A stretch of 64,000 nt of DNA. Origin: an uncultured Planctomycetota bacterium (GTDB lineage Bacteria; Planctomycetota; Planctomycetia; Pirellulales; Lacipirellulaceae). Made by a program: the position numbers and the translations under genes. This document shows positions 30,653-39,558 of the stretch, one piece after another. The stretch covers positions 1,536,001 through 1,600,000 of the forward strand of contig CAVRBU010000002.1 in the NCBI GenBank assembly GCA_963719315.1, in the 5' to 3' direction. The notes under the pieces are model-generated. The model did no database searches and was not told where the DNA came from. It saw nothing but the letters and a program-made list of their open reading frames with translations. Every line of letters begins with the position of its first letter. Position 1 is the stretch's first letter.

Positions 30653-32430
30653 CACCCCAGCACATCCGCAAACACCGCCTTCAGCGCCGCCAATCCCGCC
30701 GCCGCCTTATCCGCGCCGATCACCACGTTCACGCGGATCTCGCTCGTGCTCACCATCTCGACGTTGATCTTCGCCTCGGCCAGTGCCTTGAACATCCTCA
30801 ACCCGACGCCCGTGTGACTGCGGATGCCGATGCCCTTTACGGTGAGAATCGCGACCGCCGGCACATCCTTCACTTCGCCGCCCAACTCGGCCGCAAGCCG
30901 CTTGAGCACGCCGCGGGCTTGTTCGACACTTTTCCGCGGCACGGTAAAGCTGATGTCGGCCAGACCATCGCGGCCGATGCTCTGCACGATCGTATCCACC
31001 AGAATACCCTCCGACGCCACCGCCTCGAAGATGCGAGCCGAGATGCCGGGTTGATCCGGTATGTCGAACAACGTCATCTGCGCCTGCGATTCATCGAGCG
31101 ACACGCTCTCGATCGCCAGGTCTTCCATCCGTTGCAACCGGGCTACGATATCCACCGCGTCGGCCTGCCGCGCGGGCGGCCGCTTATCGCCGAATGCCAC
31201 ACGGTCTCGCGGGGCGCGGTCCAACTCGAATTCGCTGTGAACCGCTCGCAGCGCGGCGAGCGCCTGCTCGCGTTTCACCAGGACCGAGACCTTGATTTCG
31301 CTGGTCGTGATGGCCGCGACATTAATCCCCTCGTCGGCCAGTGCCCGGAACATGCGGTCGGCCACGCCCGTCTGCGTCGCCATGCCGAGCCCCACGATCG
31401 AGACCTTCGACACGCTCGCATTGTGCAACACAGCTTCGGCGCCCAACTCATCGGCCGCCCTTTTGGACGCCGCGAGCGCCTTCGGCAAATCGTCCTCGAG
31501 CACCGTGAACGAAATGTCGGCCGCACCATCGGCGCCGGCGTTCTGCACGATCATATCGACGGCCACGTTCACACTGGCCAGTTTCGAAAAGATCGCATAA
31601 CTCGTACCCGGATGATCGGGCACGCCGGCGATCGTGATTTCGGCCTCATTTTTCGTGAGGGCGGCCCCCGTCACGGCCCGGTCAGCCGACTCCGATTCGT
31701 TGCCGATCACCGTGCCCGGCTCGTCGCTGAAGCTCTGGCTATTGCACACGTGGATCGGCACGTTGAACTTCTTGCCGAACTCGATCGAGCGGCTGTGCAT
31801 CACGCCCGCCCCCAGGCTGGCCAGCTCCAGAATCTCATCGTGGCTGACGCGGCCCATCTTGCGGGCCTCGGCCACCAGCCGCGGATCGGTCGTGAATACG
31901 CCGTCGACATCTGTGTAAATTTCGCATGCGTCCGCGTGGAGCACGGCCGCCAGGGCCACGGCCGTCGTATCGCTGCCGCCGCGGCCGAGCGTCGTGATAT
32001 TAAAATCCTCGTCGATCCCCTGGAAGCCGGCCGCGATCACGATCTTGCCGTCATCGAGCAGCTTCTTCATGCGCTCGGTCGAGATCGATTGAATGCGGGC
32101 CTTCGTGTGCGAGCTATCCGTGCGAATACCGATCTGAGCGCCCGTCAGGCTGACAGCTTCAGCGCCCAGCGAGTGAATCGCCATCGCCATGAGGGCCACG
32201 CTCACCTGCTCGCCGGTCGAGAGGAGCATATCCATCTCGCGGCCGGAGGGATCGTCGGTGATCTGCTTGGCGAGGTCCACCAGCACATCAGTCTGGTGCC
32301 CCATCGCGCTCACGACCATCACCACCTGGTTGCCACTTTGTTGCCGGCGAATCGCCCGCCGCGCAGCCGCGCGAATCTTCTCCGCATTAGCAACACTCGT
32401 GCCGCCGAATTTTTGTACGATTAATGACAT
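30652..32430 (-). CDS. lysC: Aspartate kinase (long form, four ACT-like domains)
   Basis: QKFGGTSV; TTLGRGGSDTTA; YTDVDGV; two TSEI-bearing ACT pairs. Confidence 0.93.
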   Translation of the reverse strand: MSLIVQKFGGTSVANAEKIRAAARRAIRRQQSGNQVVMVVSAMGHQTDVLVDLAKQITDDPSGREMDMLLSTGEQVSVALMAMAIHSLGAEAVSLTGAQIGIRTDSSHTKARIQSISTERMKKLLDDGKIVIAAGFQGIDEDFNITTLGRGGSDTTAVALAAVLHADACEIYTDVDGVFTTDPRLVAEARKMGRVSHDEILELASLGAGVMHSRSIEFGKKFNVPIHVCNSQSFSDEPGTVIGNESESADRAVTGAALTKNEAEITIAGVPDHPGTSYAIFSKLASVNVAVDMIVQNAGADGAADISFTVLEDDLPKALAASKRAADELGAEAVLHNASVSKVSIVGLGMATQTGVADRMFRALADEGINVAAITTSEIKVSVLVKREQALAALRAVHSEFELDRAPRDRVAFGDKRPPARQADAVDIVARLQRMEDLAIESVSLDESQAQMTLFDIPDQPGISARIFEAVASEGILVDTIVQSIGRDGLADISFTVPRKSVEQARGVLKRLAAELGGEVKDVPAVAILTVKGIGIRSHTGVGLRMFKALAEAKINVEMVSTSEIRVNVVIGADKAAAGLAALKAVFADVLG

Positions 32431-32450
32431 CTCTTTTTCTGAATTGAAGG

Positions 32451-33051
32451 AAACCGCCAAGAACGCCAAGGAAGACTATGAGCGTCTAACAATATGAACC
32501 GCCAAGTTACCAAGGACGCCAAGTAAGACAGAGGCTATCAATGTATTTCCTTGGCGACCTTGGCGTTCTTGGCGGTTTAAATTCATTTTGTTATACGGTC
32601 TAACTTTGGGTAAGCACAATTCGCTTTATACCATCCTTTAGCAGCACAACGTGAAAGTTAATGATCAATCCAAGTCGCAAATTGCTCATCTTCAGATAGT
32701 GAATTACTTTCGCCGGGTAAATCGGGTGAATTGATTCTACGGCCTTCAATTCGAGGACCAACTCACCTCCGACAAGAAAATCCAACCGTGAATCGCCAAC
32801 GGCTATGCCTTTGAACTGCAATACCATCGGCTTCTGTCGCTCGTAGGGAATTCCTCTAAGGTCAAACTCGATCGCTAATGCCTCTTCATAAACTGATTCC
32901 AAGAATCCTGGTCCAAGAATGCGATGTACTTCAATTGCCGCGCCAATAACTTTATGAGCCAAATCATCGACTCTTGAACTCGGCTCATCCATTGATCTTT
33001 CTATTCTCCTGCATTCTTATTGCCTTGGCGTCCTTGGCGTACTTGGCGGTT
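32451..33051. repeat. 9-nt-period inverted arrays around GxxExxY
   Basis: AACCGCCAAGAACGCCAAGG (32452); AACCGCCAAGTTACCAAGGACGCCAAG (32497); CTTGGCGACCTTGGCGTTCTTGGCGGTT (32550); CTTGGCGTCCTTGGCGTACTTGGCGGTT (33024). Confidence 0.85.
32600..32992 (-). CDS. GxxExxY protein (PD-(D/E)XK-like)
   Basis: IGAAIEVHRILGPGFLESVYEEAL; LDFLV...LELKAV; GLIINF; low GC. Confidence 0.93.
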   Translation of the reverse strand: MDEPSSRVDDLAHKVIGAAIEVHRILGPGFLESVYEEALAIEFDLRGIPYERQKPMVLQFKGIAVGDSRLDFLVGGELVLELKAVESIHPIYPAKVIHYLKMSNLRLGLIINFHVVLLKDGIKRIVLTQS

Positions 33052-34271
33052 CACTTCTTCCCGACAAACCACGGCATCACGTTCCAACCTTCTTCAAACG
33101 CCAACTTCGATTTCGCCGCGTTCGTATCACCGTAGGCAGTGAACTCATCCGCCGCGATGCCTGTGCCGGCCATCGCCACCGGTACGTTGCCGTGCGTGTG
33201 GACCTTCGTTCGCAGGAACGTCGGGTGATCGGGCGAGATCATGATCCGCCAATCGCCGTGGGACCTGAGCGCATCGACCAGCGGGCCGACCACGTGCCGA
33301 TCGATTTCTTCGATCGCCTTCACCTTCTCATCGCAACGGCCTTCGTGCGAGGCCTCGTCCGAGGCCTCGACGTGGACGCACACAATATCGTATTGGTTGA
33401 GGGCCGCCACGCCAGCCCGGCCCTTGGCCGCGTAGTCGGTATCCAAATAGCCGGTCGCCCCGGGCACCTCGATTCGGTCCCAGCCCACGAGGGCCGCGAT
33501 GCCTCGCAGGAGATCCACGGCCGTAATCATCGCTCCACGCGGCCCGTATTCGTCCGCAAAAGCCCGTAGCCGCGGGGCCTGGCCCAGCCCCCACAGCCAC
33601 ACGTTCGTCGCCCGGTCCTTGCCGGCCGCCTGCAGCGCCGCATTCACCGGATGATCGCGAAATACGTCGATGCTAGCGGCCATCAGGTCGCACAAAACGT
33701 CGCTCCCCGGTCCGCGCGGGTGATCTTCCAGCACCGATTGATCCGTGATGTCATGCGGTGCCCGCGTCCGCGTATCGCCGGTGAACGGAGCCGGCAGCTT
33801 CGCCCCACGCCACAGCAGCAAGTTGCGATAGCTTACGCCCGGCACAAATTCGATCGCCCCGCGATACTTCGGATCGCTCGCAATCTTTTCTTGCGCCGTC
33901 TTGAGCAGCTTCGTCGCGTCTTCGGTCGAAATGTGATCGGCCGTGAAGTCGCGCATGATTTGGTCTTCGATCGTCACCAGATTGCATCGCACGGCCCAAT
34001 CCGCCGGCCCCAGTTTGAACCCTTGCGCCGCCGCTTCCATCGGCGCCCGGCCCGTAAAATTCTCGAATGGGTTGTAGCCCAACAAACTGAGGTTCCCTAT
34101 CTCCGATCCCGCCGGCAGCGCCTTCGGTGTATGACAAGCCCGCGCAACCACCCCCATCGCTGCCACGCGATCCATATTCGGTGTCTGCGCAGCCTCCAGC
34201 GGCGTCCTTCCGCCCAGCGCTTCCTGCGGCTCATCCGCCGCGCCATCCGGAATTACGATTGCGTATTTCAT
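33051..34271 (-). CDS. apgM: ApgM-family cofactor-independent phosphoglycerate mutase-like protein
   Basis: PDGAADEP; TPLE.A.TPNMD; AVDLLRGI; GATGYLDTDY; DEASH; PDHPT. Confidence 0.9.
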   Translation of the reverse strand: MKYAIVIPDGAADEPQEALGGRTPLEAAQTPNMDRVAAMGVVARACHTPKALPAGSEIGNLSLLGYNPFENFTGRAPMEAAAQGFKLGPADWAVRCNLVTIEDQIMRDFTADHISTEDATKLLKTAQEKIASDPKYRGAIEFVPGVSYRNLLLWRGAKLPAPFTGDTRTRAPHDITDQSVLEDHPRGPGSDVLCDLMAASIDVFRDHPVNAALQAAGKDRATNVWLWGLGQAPRLRAFADEYGPRGAMITAVDLLRGIAALVGWDRIEVPGATGYLDTDYAAKGRAGVAALNQYDIVCVHVEASDEASHEGRCDEKVKAIEEIDRHVVGPLVDALRSHGDWRIMISPDHPTFLRTKVHTHGNVPVAMAGTGIAADEFTAYGDTNAAKSKLAFEEGWNVMPWFVGKK

Positions 34272-34276
34272 TTTTG

Positions 34277-34353
34277 AAGTCGTATGATGTTTGGCACAAG
34301 TCGCAAGTAGGGAACTCCGATGCTTACGACTTACGCCTTAAACCTTACACCTA
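34277..34353. repeat. Inverted heptamer tandem-repeat array
   Basis: AAGTCGT...AAGTCGC AAG / CTTACGA CTTACGC CTTAAAC CTTACAC. Confidence 0.7.
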
Positions 34354-35645
34354 ATCTCTGACCCACATCCGCACTGTCTCTCCGCGCACCGGCTGTAGTT
34401 GGTCGATCGCCTCGCACGCTGCGCGGCCGCCCCTTCAGTCGTTTCGTGCGTCATGATCACCAGCGACACCACGCCCTTAGCCTCCAGCGGCTCGTGCTGC
34501 AGCACGGAGGCGATTGAGATGTTCTGAGTGCCGAGCGCCGCCGTCACTTGCGATAGCACGCCCGGATGGTCTTCGACCATCACCCGCAAATAAAACTTGG
34601 CACGGGCCGCGTCGCTCGGCGCCGCGGTAACGCGCGCCTGTCGATTCGACCACAGCTCTAACGTGCGGAACGTGATCGCCGTGCGGCCCACCGCTGTGTC
34701 GATGATGTCGGCCATCACGGCCGACGCCGTCGGCATTTGACCGGCCCCCTGGCCATAAAAAAATAGCGGTCCGACTGCATCGCCCTCGACTCGAATTGCA
34801 TTAAATGGCCCGCCAACTTCGGCCAGTGGGCTCCGCGCCCGCACGAGCGCCGGCGAAACATCGAGCTCAAGAGTGTCCTCCACAAGGTCGGCGACCGCCA
34901 TCAGCTTGATTCGGTAGCCCATTTCCTTGGCATAACGCACGTCCGCGATATCCAGCTTGTCGATTCCCGTGCGCGGAATATCCTTCCAATCGACGCGGGC
35001 TCCAAACGCCAGATGCGCTAGAATCGCGAGCTTCTGGGCTGCGTCGCTCCCGTTCACATCGAACGCCGGATCGGCCTCCGCATAACCAAGCCGCTGGGCC
35101 TCGGCGAGCACTTCGGAATACGGCGCGCCCTCGTCGTGCATCTTCGACAGGATGAAGTTGCTTGTGCCGTTGAGGATGCCGTGGAGTGACTTGAGTTGGT
35201 TGGCCGACAAGCATTGACTGATGTTGGCAATGATCGGAATGCCGCCAGCCACCGATGCTTCGAACGCGATCGACCGCCCCAGCTCGCGAGCTCGGTCGAA
35301 CAGCTCCGGCCCGTGCTCGGCCAACAGCGCCTTGTTCGCGGTCACCACGTCCTTGCCGCTTTCCAGCAGCCGGAGCATGATTGTTCGCTCTGGCTCCAAC
35401 CCGCCGATGAGCAGCGCGACGACCTTGATCTCGCGGTTGTTGATGACGTCATCCACGTTGTCCGTCAGCACGCCGCTCGGCAAATCGCAATCGCGGGCCT
35501 TCTTGAGATCGCGAACAACCGCCTTTTCCAGCCACAACGTGCGGCCGGCGTGCCGGGCCGTGCGATCGCCGTGATCCAACAGCAACTTCGCAACGCCCTG
35601 CCCGACGGTGCCCAATCCGATAATCGCGACTTTCGTTTTGTCCAT
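34351..35645 (-). CDS. hom: Homoserine dehydrogenase (frameshift near 34420)
   Basis: GLGTVG; VVTANKA; FEASVAGGIP; GILNGT; LGYAEADP; likely true C-terminus ACEAIDQLQPVRGETVRMWVRD* in another frame. Confidence 0.93.
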
Positions 35646-35674
35646 GACAATTCAATTTCGAATAGAAACTTCGA

Positions 35675-36454
35675 TCATCGGTTTCCAGTAAGCGTCCGGA
35701 GTGCATCGTGCAGTTCCCGCCGCGTGGTGAGCGAGTATTCGATATCGAACCACACGATCTTGCCGCTAGGATCGAGCACATACGTGCGCGGCAATCGCTC
35801 ACTGCCGACTTGGGCGAAGGCCTTGCCGTCGGCATCCAGCAGATTCGTGAATTTCGCACCGGCTTTCGTCAAAACTTCAGCAGCGCTCGCGGCCGTTTCA
35901 TTCACGGCGATGCCGACCACCGCCACACCATCCTTGCCGAACGGCTCGATCACGTCGGGCCCCAAGTCGGCCAGTTCTTCGTGCGACATTCGGCGATCGC
36001 CCTTCCAATACACAACTACCGTGGCTTTTTTGCCCAACAAGTCGGCCAACTTCGCCGTGCCGCTGCCTCCGACTTGCGGTAGCGCGATTGCCGGCATCGG
36101 ATTGCCGACGTTCACCTTACACAGACCCTCTTCGCGCTTTGTGAAGGCCACCTTGGGCATCTTCGCGGGAGACGTTTCGGCACGAAAAAACGCCGTGTGC
36201 TCCTGGGGGCTCGATTCGTCGGCCGCGGCAGGAGGTGCCGGAACATCGTTAGTTGCTGGTCCAAGCTGTGGCCCGGCAACCGGTTTTTGCGGTGCAGCCT
36301 CCGTCGCTTGCGTGTTCGCCTTCTTCGCTTGCGGCTTCGCGCTCTCAACCGCCGCTGCCGGCGCGGCAGGCTTCGAAACCGGTGCCGAGCAACCAATCGC
36401 CGCCGCGATCAACGCCAAAATACAACTCGTTCTGTAAAGTTTGGCTCGATGCAT
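35675..36454 (-). CDS. Redoxin/TlpA-like lipoprotein
   Basis: Lipobox-like AIGC; LPRTYVLDPSGKIVW; no CxxC. Confidence 0.7.
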   Translation of the reverse strand: MHRAKLYRTSCILALIAAAIGCSAPVSKPAAPAAAVESAKPQAKKANTQATEAAPQKPVAGPQLGPATNDVPAPPAAADESSPQEHTAFFRAETSPAKMPKVAFTKREEGLCKVNVGNPMPAIALPQVGGSGTAKLADLLGKKATVVVYWKGDRRMSHEELADLGPDVIEPFGKDGVAVVGIAVNETAASAAEVLTKAGAKFTNLLDADGKAFAQVGSERLPRTYVLDPSGKIVWFDIEYSLTTRRELHDALRTLTGNR

Positions 36455-36577
36455 CAATTCGCTCAATTCAATTTCGGAAGTCTCGCAACGAGGCGCAGAG
36501 GAAGCGGAGAGCTAAAACGACTCTCTTTCATCAGAGATCTCTGCACCTATGCGTAACCTGATTCTCCAGCCCTTAGT

Positions 36578-38356
36578 CTAAAGGTCTATCTTAATCCCCA
36601 GTTCCTTGAGCTGCTTCGTCTCCACTGCGCCCGGGGCGCCCGTCATGAGGTCGCTCGCCCGCTGCGTTTTGGGAAAGGCGATACAGTCGCGAATGTTGTC
36701 GAGACCGCCGAACAGCATCACCCATCGATCGATGCCGAGCGCGATCCCGCCATGCGGTGGCGCTCCGTACGCGAGCGCTCGCAGCAAGAAGCCAAACCGC
36801 TCCTCGGCCGACTTCTCGTCGATGCCCAGCAGCGAAAACACCTGCTGCTGAATGACGGGATCGTGAATCCGAATCGTGCCTCCCCCCGCCTCGCTGCCAT
36901 TGATCACCAGGTCGTAGGCCTTGGCTCGACACTTGCCCGGGTCCGAACCCAGGATTGCGAAATCCTGATCGCGCGGCGACGTGAACGGATGGTGCATAGC
37001 CACCCACCGCTGCTCCTCCTCGTCGTAGTCGAACATCGGAAACTCGACGACCCAAGAGAAGTGCATCGACTTTGGATCGTACAGCTTCATCTCGGCGCCG
37101 ATTTTTTGCCGCAGCGCGTAAAGTGCCTTGCATGTGACCTTCCACGTGTCGGCCACAAACAGCAGCAAGTCGCCCGGCTCGGCGTTCAACCGCACGCCTA
37201 ATTCCTTCAGCAACTCAGGCTTGAAATTCTTCGCAATGGTCGATTGCAGCGTGCCATCGGCCTCGACTTTGAACCACGCCAGGCCCTTCGCGCCGAACGC
37301 CGCAACATACTCCGTGAGCGCGTCGATGCCCCGCCGCGAATAATGCTCGCCACCTTTTTTCGCGTTGATGGCCCGCACGCGCCCGCCGCTCGCCGCCACG
37401 CTCGCGAACACGCGGAAGTCGCTCTTCGCCGTGAGGTCCGTGCAATCGACCAGCTCCAGGCCGAACCGCAAATCGGGCGCGTCGTGGCCGAACCGCTCCA
37501 TCGCCTCGTCATACGTCATCCGCGGCAACGGCAGCTTCACATCGAGCTTCAGCTCCTGCTTCGCCAGTTTCTGCACCAGGCCGTCGATCACGCCGATCAC
37601 ATCGTTCGCATCGATGAACGACATTTCGAGATCCAGTTGCGTGAATTCCGGCTGCCGATCTGCCCGCAAGTCCTCATCGCGGAAGCAACGGGCCACCTGC
37701 ACGTAACGATCGTAGCCCGCCATCATCAGAATTTGCTTGTAAAGCTGCGGCGATTGCGGCAACGCGTAAAACGATCCGCGACTCACGCGGCTTGGCACCA
37801 AGTAGTCGCGTGCCCCCTCGGGCGTGCTGCGGCCCAGCACCGGCGTTTCGACATCGATGAAATTCAGCCCTGCGAAATAATCCCGCATCCCCTTGATGAT
37901 CCGGTCGCGCAACATCAACGTCTGCTGCATCACCGGCCGGCGCAGGTCGAGATACCGATGCTCCAATCGCAACTCCTCGTTCGGCATGTCCTGCGCGTTC
38001 GCATTCGGCGACACCGGCGGCGTGAGGCTCTTGTTGAGCAACTTGAAGCCGGTGACGCGCAGCTCAATTTGCCCCGTCGCCAGTTTCGCATTGGCCATCC
38101 CGCTCGGCCGCTCGGCAACCTTGCCGGTCACCTGAATCACGTACTCTGCCCGCAGCGTTTTGCTTTCGTCGATGATCGGCTGCGATGTATCGGGCGGGTT
38201 GAACACAACCTGCGTCATGCCGTATCGATCGCGGAGATCGACGAACAGGCCGCCGCCGTGGTCGCGGTAGCTGTCGACCCAGCCGCAGAGTGTCGCTTCC
38301 TTGGCAATGAGTTCGCGGCGCAATTCACCGCACGTATGAGTTCGCAGCACAGGCAT
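36578..38356 (-). CDS. aspS: Aspartate--tRNA ligase
   Basis: RTHTCG; TPEGARDYLVP; LPQSPQ; FRDEDLRADRQPEFTQ; HHPFT; PPHGG. Confidence 0.97.
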   Translation of the reverse strand: MPVLRTHTCGELRRELIAKEATLCGWVDSYRDHGGGLFVDLRDRYGMTQVVFNPPDTSQPIIDESKTLRAEYVIQVTGKVAERPSGMANAKLATGQIELRVTGFKLLNKSLTPPVSPNANAQDMPNEELRLEHRYLDLRRPVMQQTLMLRDRIIKGMRDYFAGLNFIDVETPVLGRSTPEGARDYLVPSRVSRGSFYALPQSPQLYKQILMMAGYDRYVQVARCFRDEDLRADRQPEFTQLDLEMSFIDANDVIGVIDGLVQKLAKQELKLDVKLPLPRMTYDEAMERFGHDAPDLRFGLELVDCTDLTAKSDFRVFASVAASGGRVRAINAKKGGEHYSRRGIDALTEYVAAFGAKGLAWFKVEADGTLQSTIAKNFKPELLKELGVRLNAEPGDLLLFVADTWKVTCKALYALRQKIGAEMKLYDPKSMHFSWVVEFPMFDYDEEEQRWVAMHHPFTSPRDQDFAILGSDPGKCRAKAYDLVINGSEAGGGTIRIHDPVIQQQVFSLLGIDEKSAEERFGFLLRALAYGAPPHGGIALGIDRWVMLFGGLDNIRDCIAFPKTQRASDLMTGAPGAVETKQLKELGIKIDL

Positions 38357-38467
38357 CCTCGCTAGTAAATTCGTAATCCGGCGATTGTAATGGCACCGCC
38401 AAAAATGGGCTAGGCCACGGCCTTTTCTACCGCGTTATAGTGCCCTCGCACCCCATCCGTTTGCGGC

Positions 38468-39544
38468 TTAGCGCGAACTCTGCAACCACTCCCCCAGCCG
38501 CCGCATCCCCTCCGCCGTCGATACCCGCGGCTCGTAACCAAAATCGCGCCGCGCCGCCCCGATATCAAACCAATGCGACCTGCTCAACTGCGAAGCCAAG
38601 AACCGCGTCATTGGCGGCTCCGCGGAAAGCCCCAGCGTCCCGTACAACACCTCGTAAGCCCGACCAACTCGTTGCGCCGTTCTAAACGAAGCACTCTTGC
38701 GAACCGGCGGCAAATCCACCAGCGCCAAAATCTCATCGATCCACGTCCAACAATTCACCGGCTCACCCTGGCTAATAAAATACGCTTTCCCCCCCGGCGA
38801 GGTCGCTTCAGCTACCGGGGTCGCGTCCGTTGTGAGCGGGTCTCCCGACCCCGCACAACCGCCGACCGTAGGTCTCCCAAATTCCAGCGAATCCGCCGCC
38901 TGAACATGCGCGGCCGCTGCATTCTCGACATAGGTAATGTCCACAAGGTTCGTGCCCTCCCCCACCCGCCGCAACCGCCGGGACCGAGCCCGGGCCAGCA
39001 ATCGCGGAATAAGATGCGTATCCCGCGGCCCCCAAATCAAGTGCGGCCGCAGCGAGCAGGTATGGAACTCATCGCAATTGGCCGCCAGCACGGCCTGTTC
39101 GGCTCGCGCCTTGGTATCCGAATAGAACGCGCGGTTCGTTTCCATCCAGCCAAAGTCATAAGGCGCTGATTCGTCGATGCCACATTGATCGACGCCGGCA
39201 AACACGACGCTTGGGCTGCTCGTATAGACAAACCGCTTCACGCCGCAACGCCACGCGTTCGAAAGAAGCAATTCTGTGCCGGTACGATTGACAGCCTCAT
39301 ACGCGTCGCGATGAAGTCCGATTCCCGGCAACGCGGCGGCGTGAAACACGCACTCAATTCCCTCACACACCTTCGCCAAGGCAGCGCTGTCGCGGATGTC
39401 GCCGCGCACGACCTCGACTCCCGCAGCTTCGAGTTGCGGATACGCGCTCCGACCAAAGCTCCGCACGCAATCACCGCGCGCAACGAGTGCTTCAACGATG
39501 TACCCACCCAGAAACCCGCCGCCGCCAGTAACAAGTGCCTGCAT
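38468..39544 (-). CDS. oleD: OleD-like NAD-dependent dehydrogenase (3beta-HSD family)
   Basis: VTGGGGFLG; YTSSPSVV; Y..TKA.AE; LRPHLIWGPRD; adjacent to an oleC-like gene. Confidence 0.75.
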   Translation of the reverse strand: MQALVTGGGGFLGGYIVEALVARGDCVRSFGRSAYPQLEAAGVEVVRGDIRDSAALAKVCEGIECVFHAAALPGIGLHRDAYEAVNRTGTELLLSNAWRCGVKRFVYTSSPSVVFAGVDQCGIDESAPYDFGWMETNRAFYSDTKARAEQAVLAANCDEFHTCSLRPHLIWGPRDTHLIPRLLARARSRRLRRVGEGTNLVDITYVENAAAAHVQAADSLEFGRPTVGGCAGSGDPLTTDATPVAEATSPGGKAYFISQGEPVNCWTWIDEILALVDLPPVRKSASFRTAQRVGRAYEVLYGTLGLSAEPPMTRFLASQLSRSHWFDIGAARRDFGYEPRVSTAEGMRRLGEWLQSSR

Positions 39545-39558
39545 GTGCCTGATGCTTT

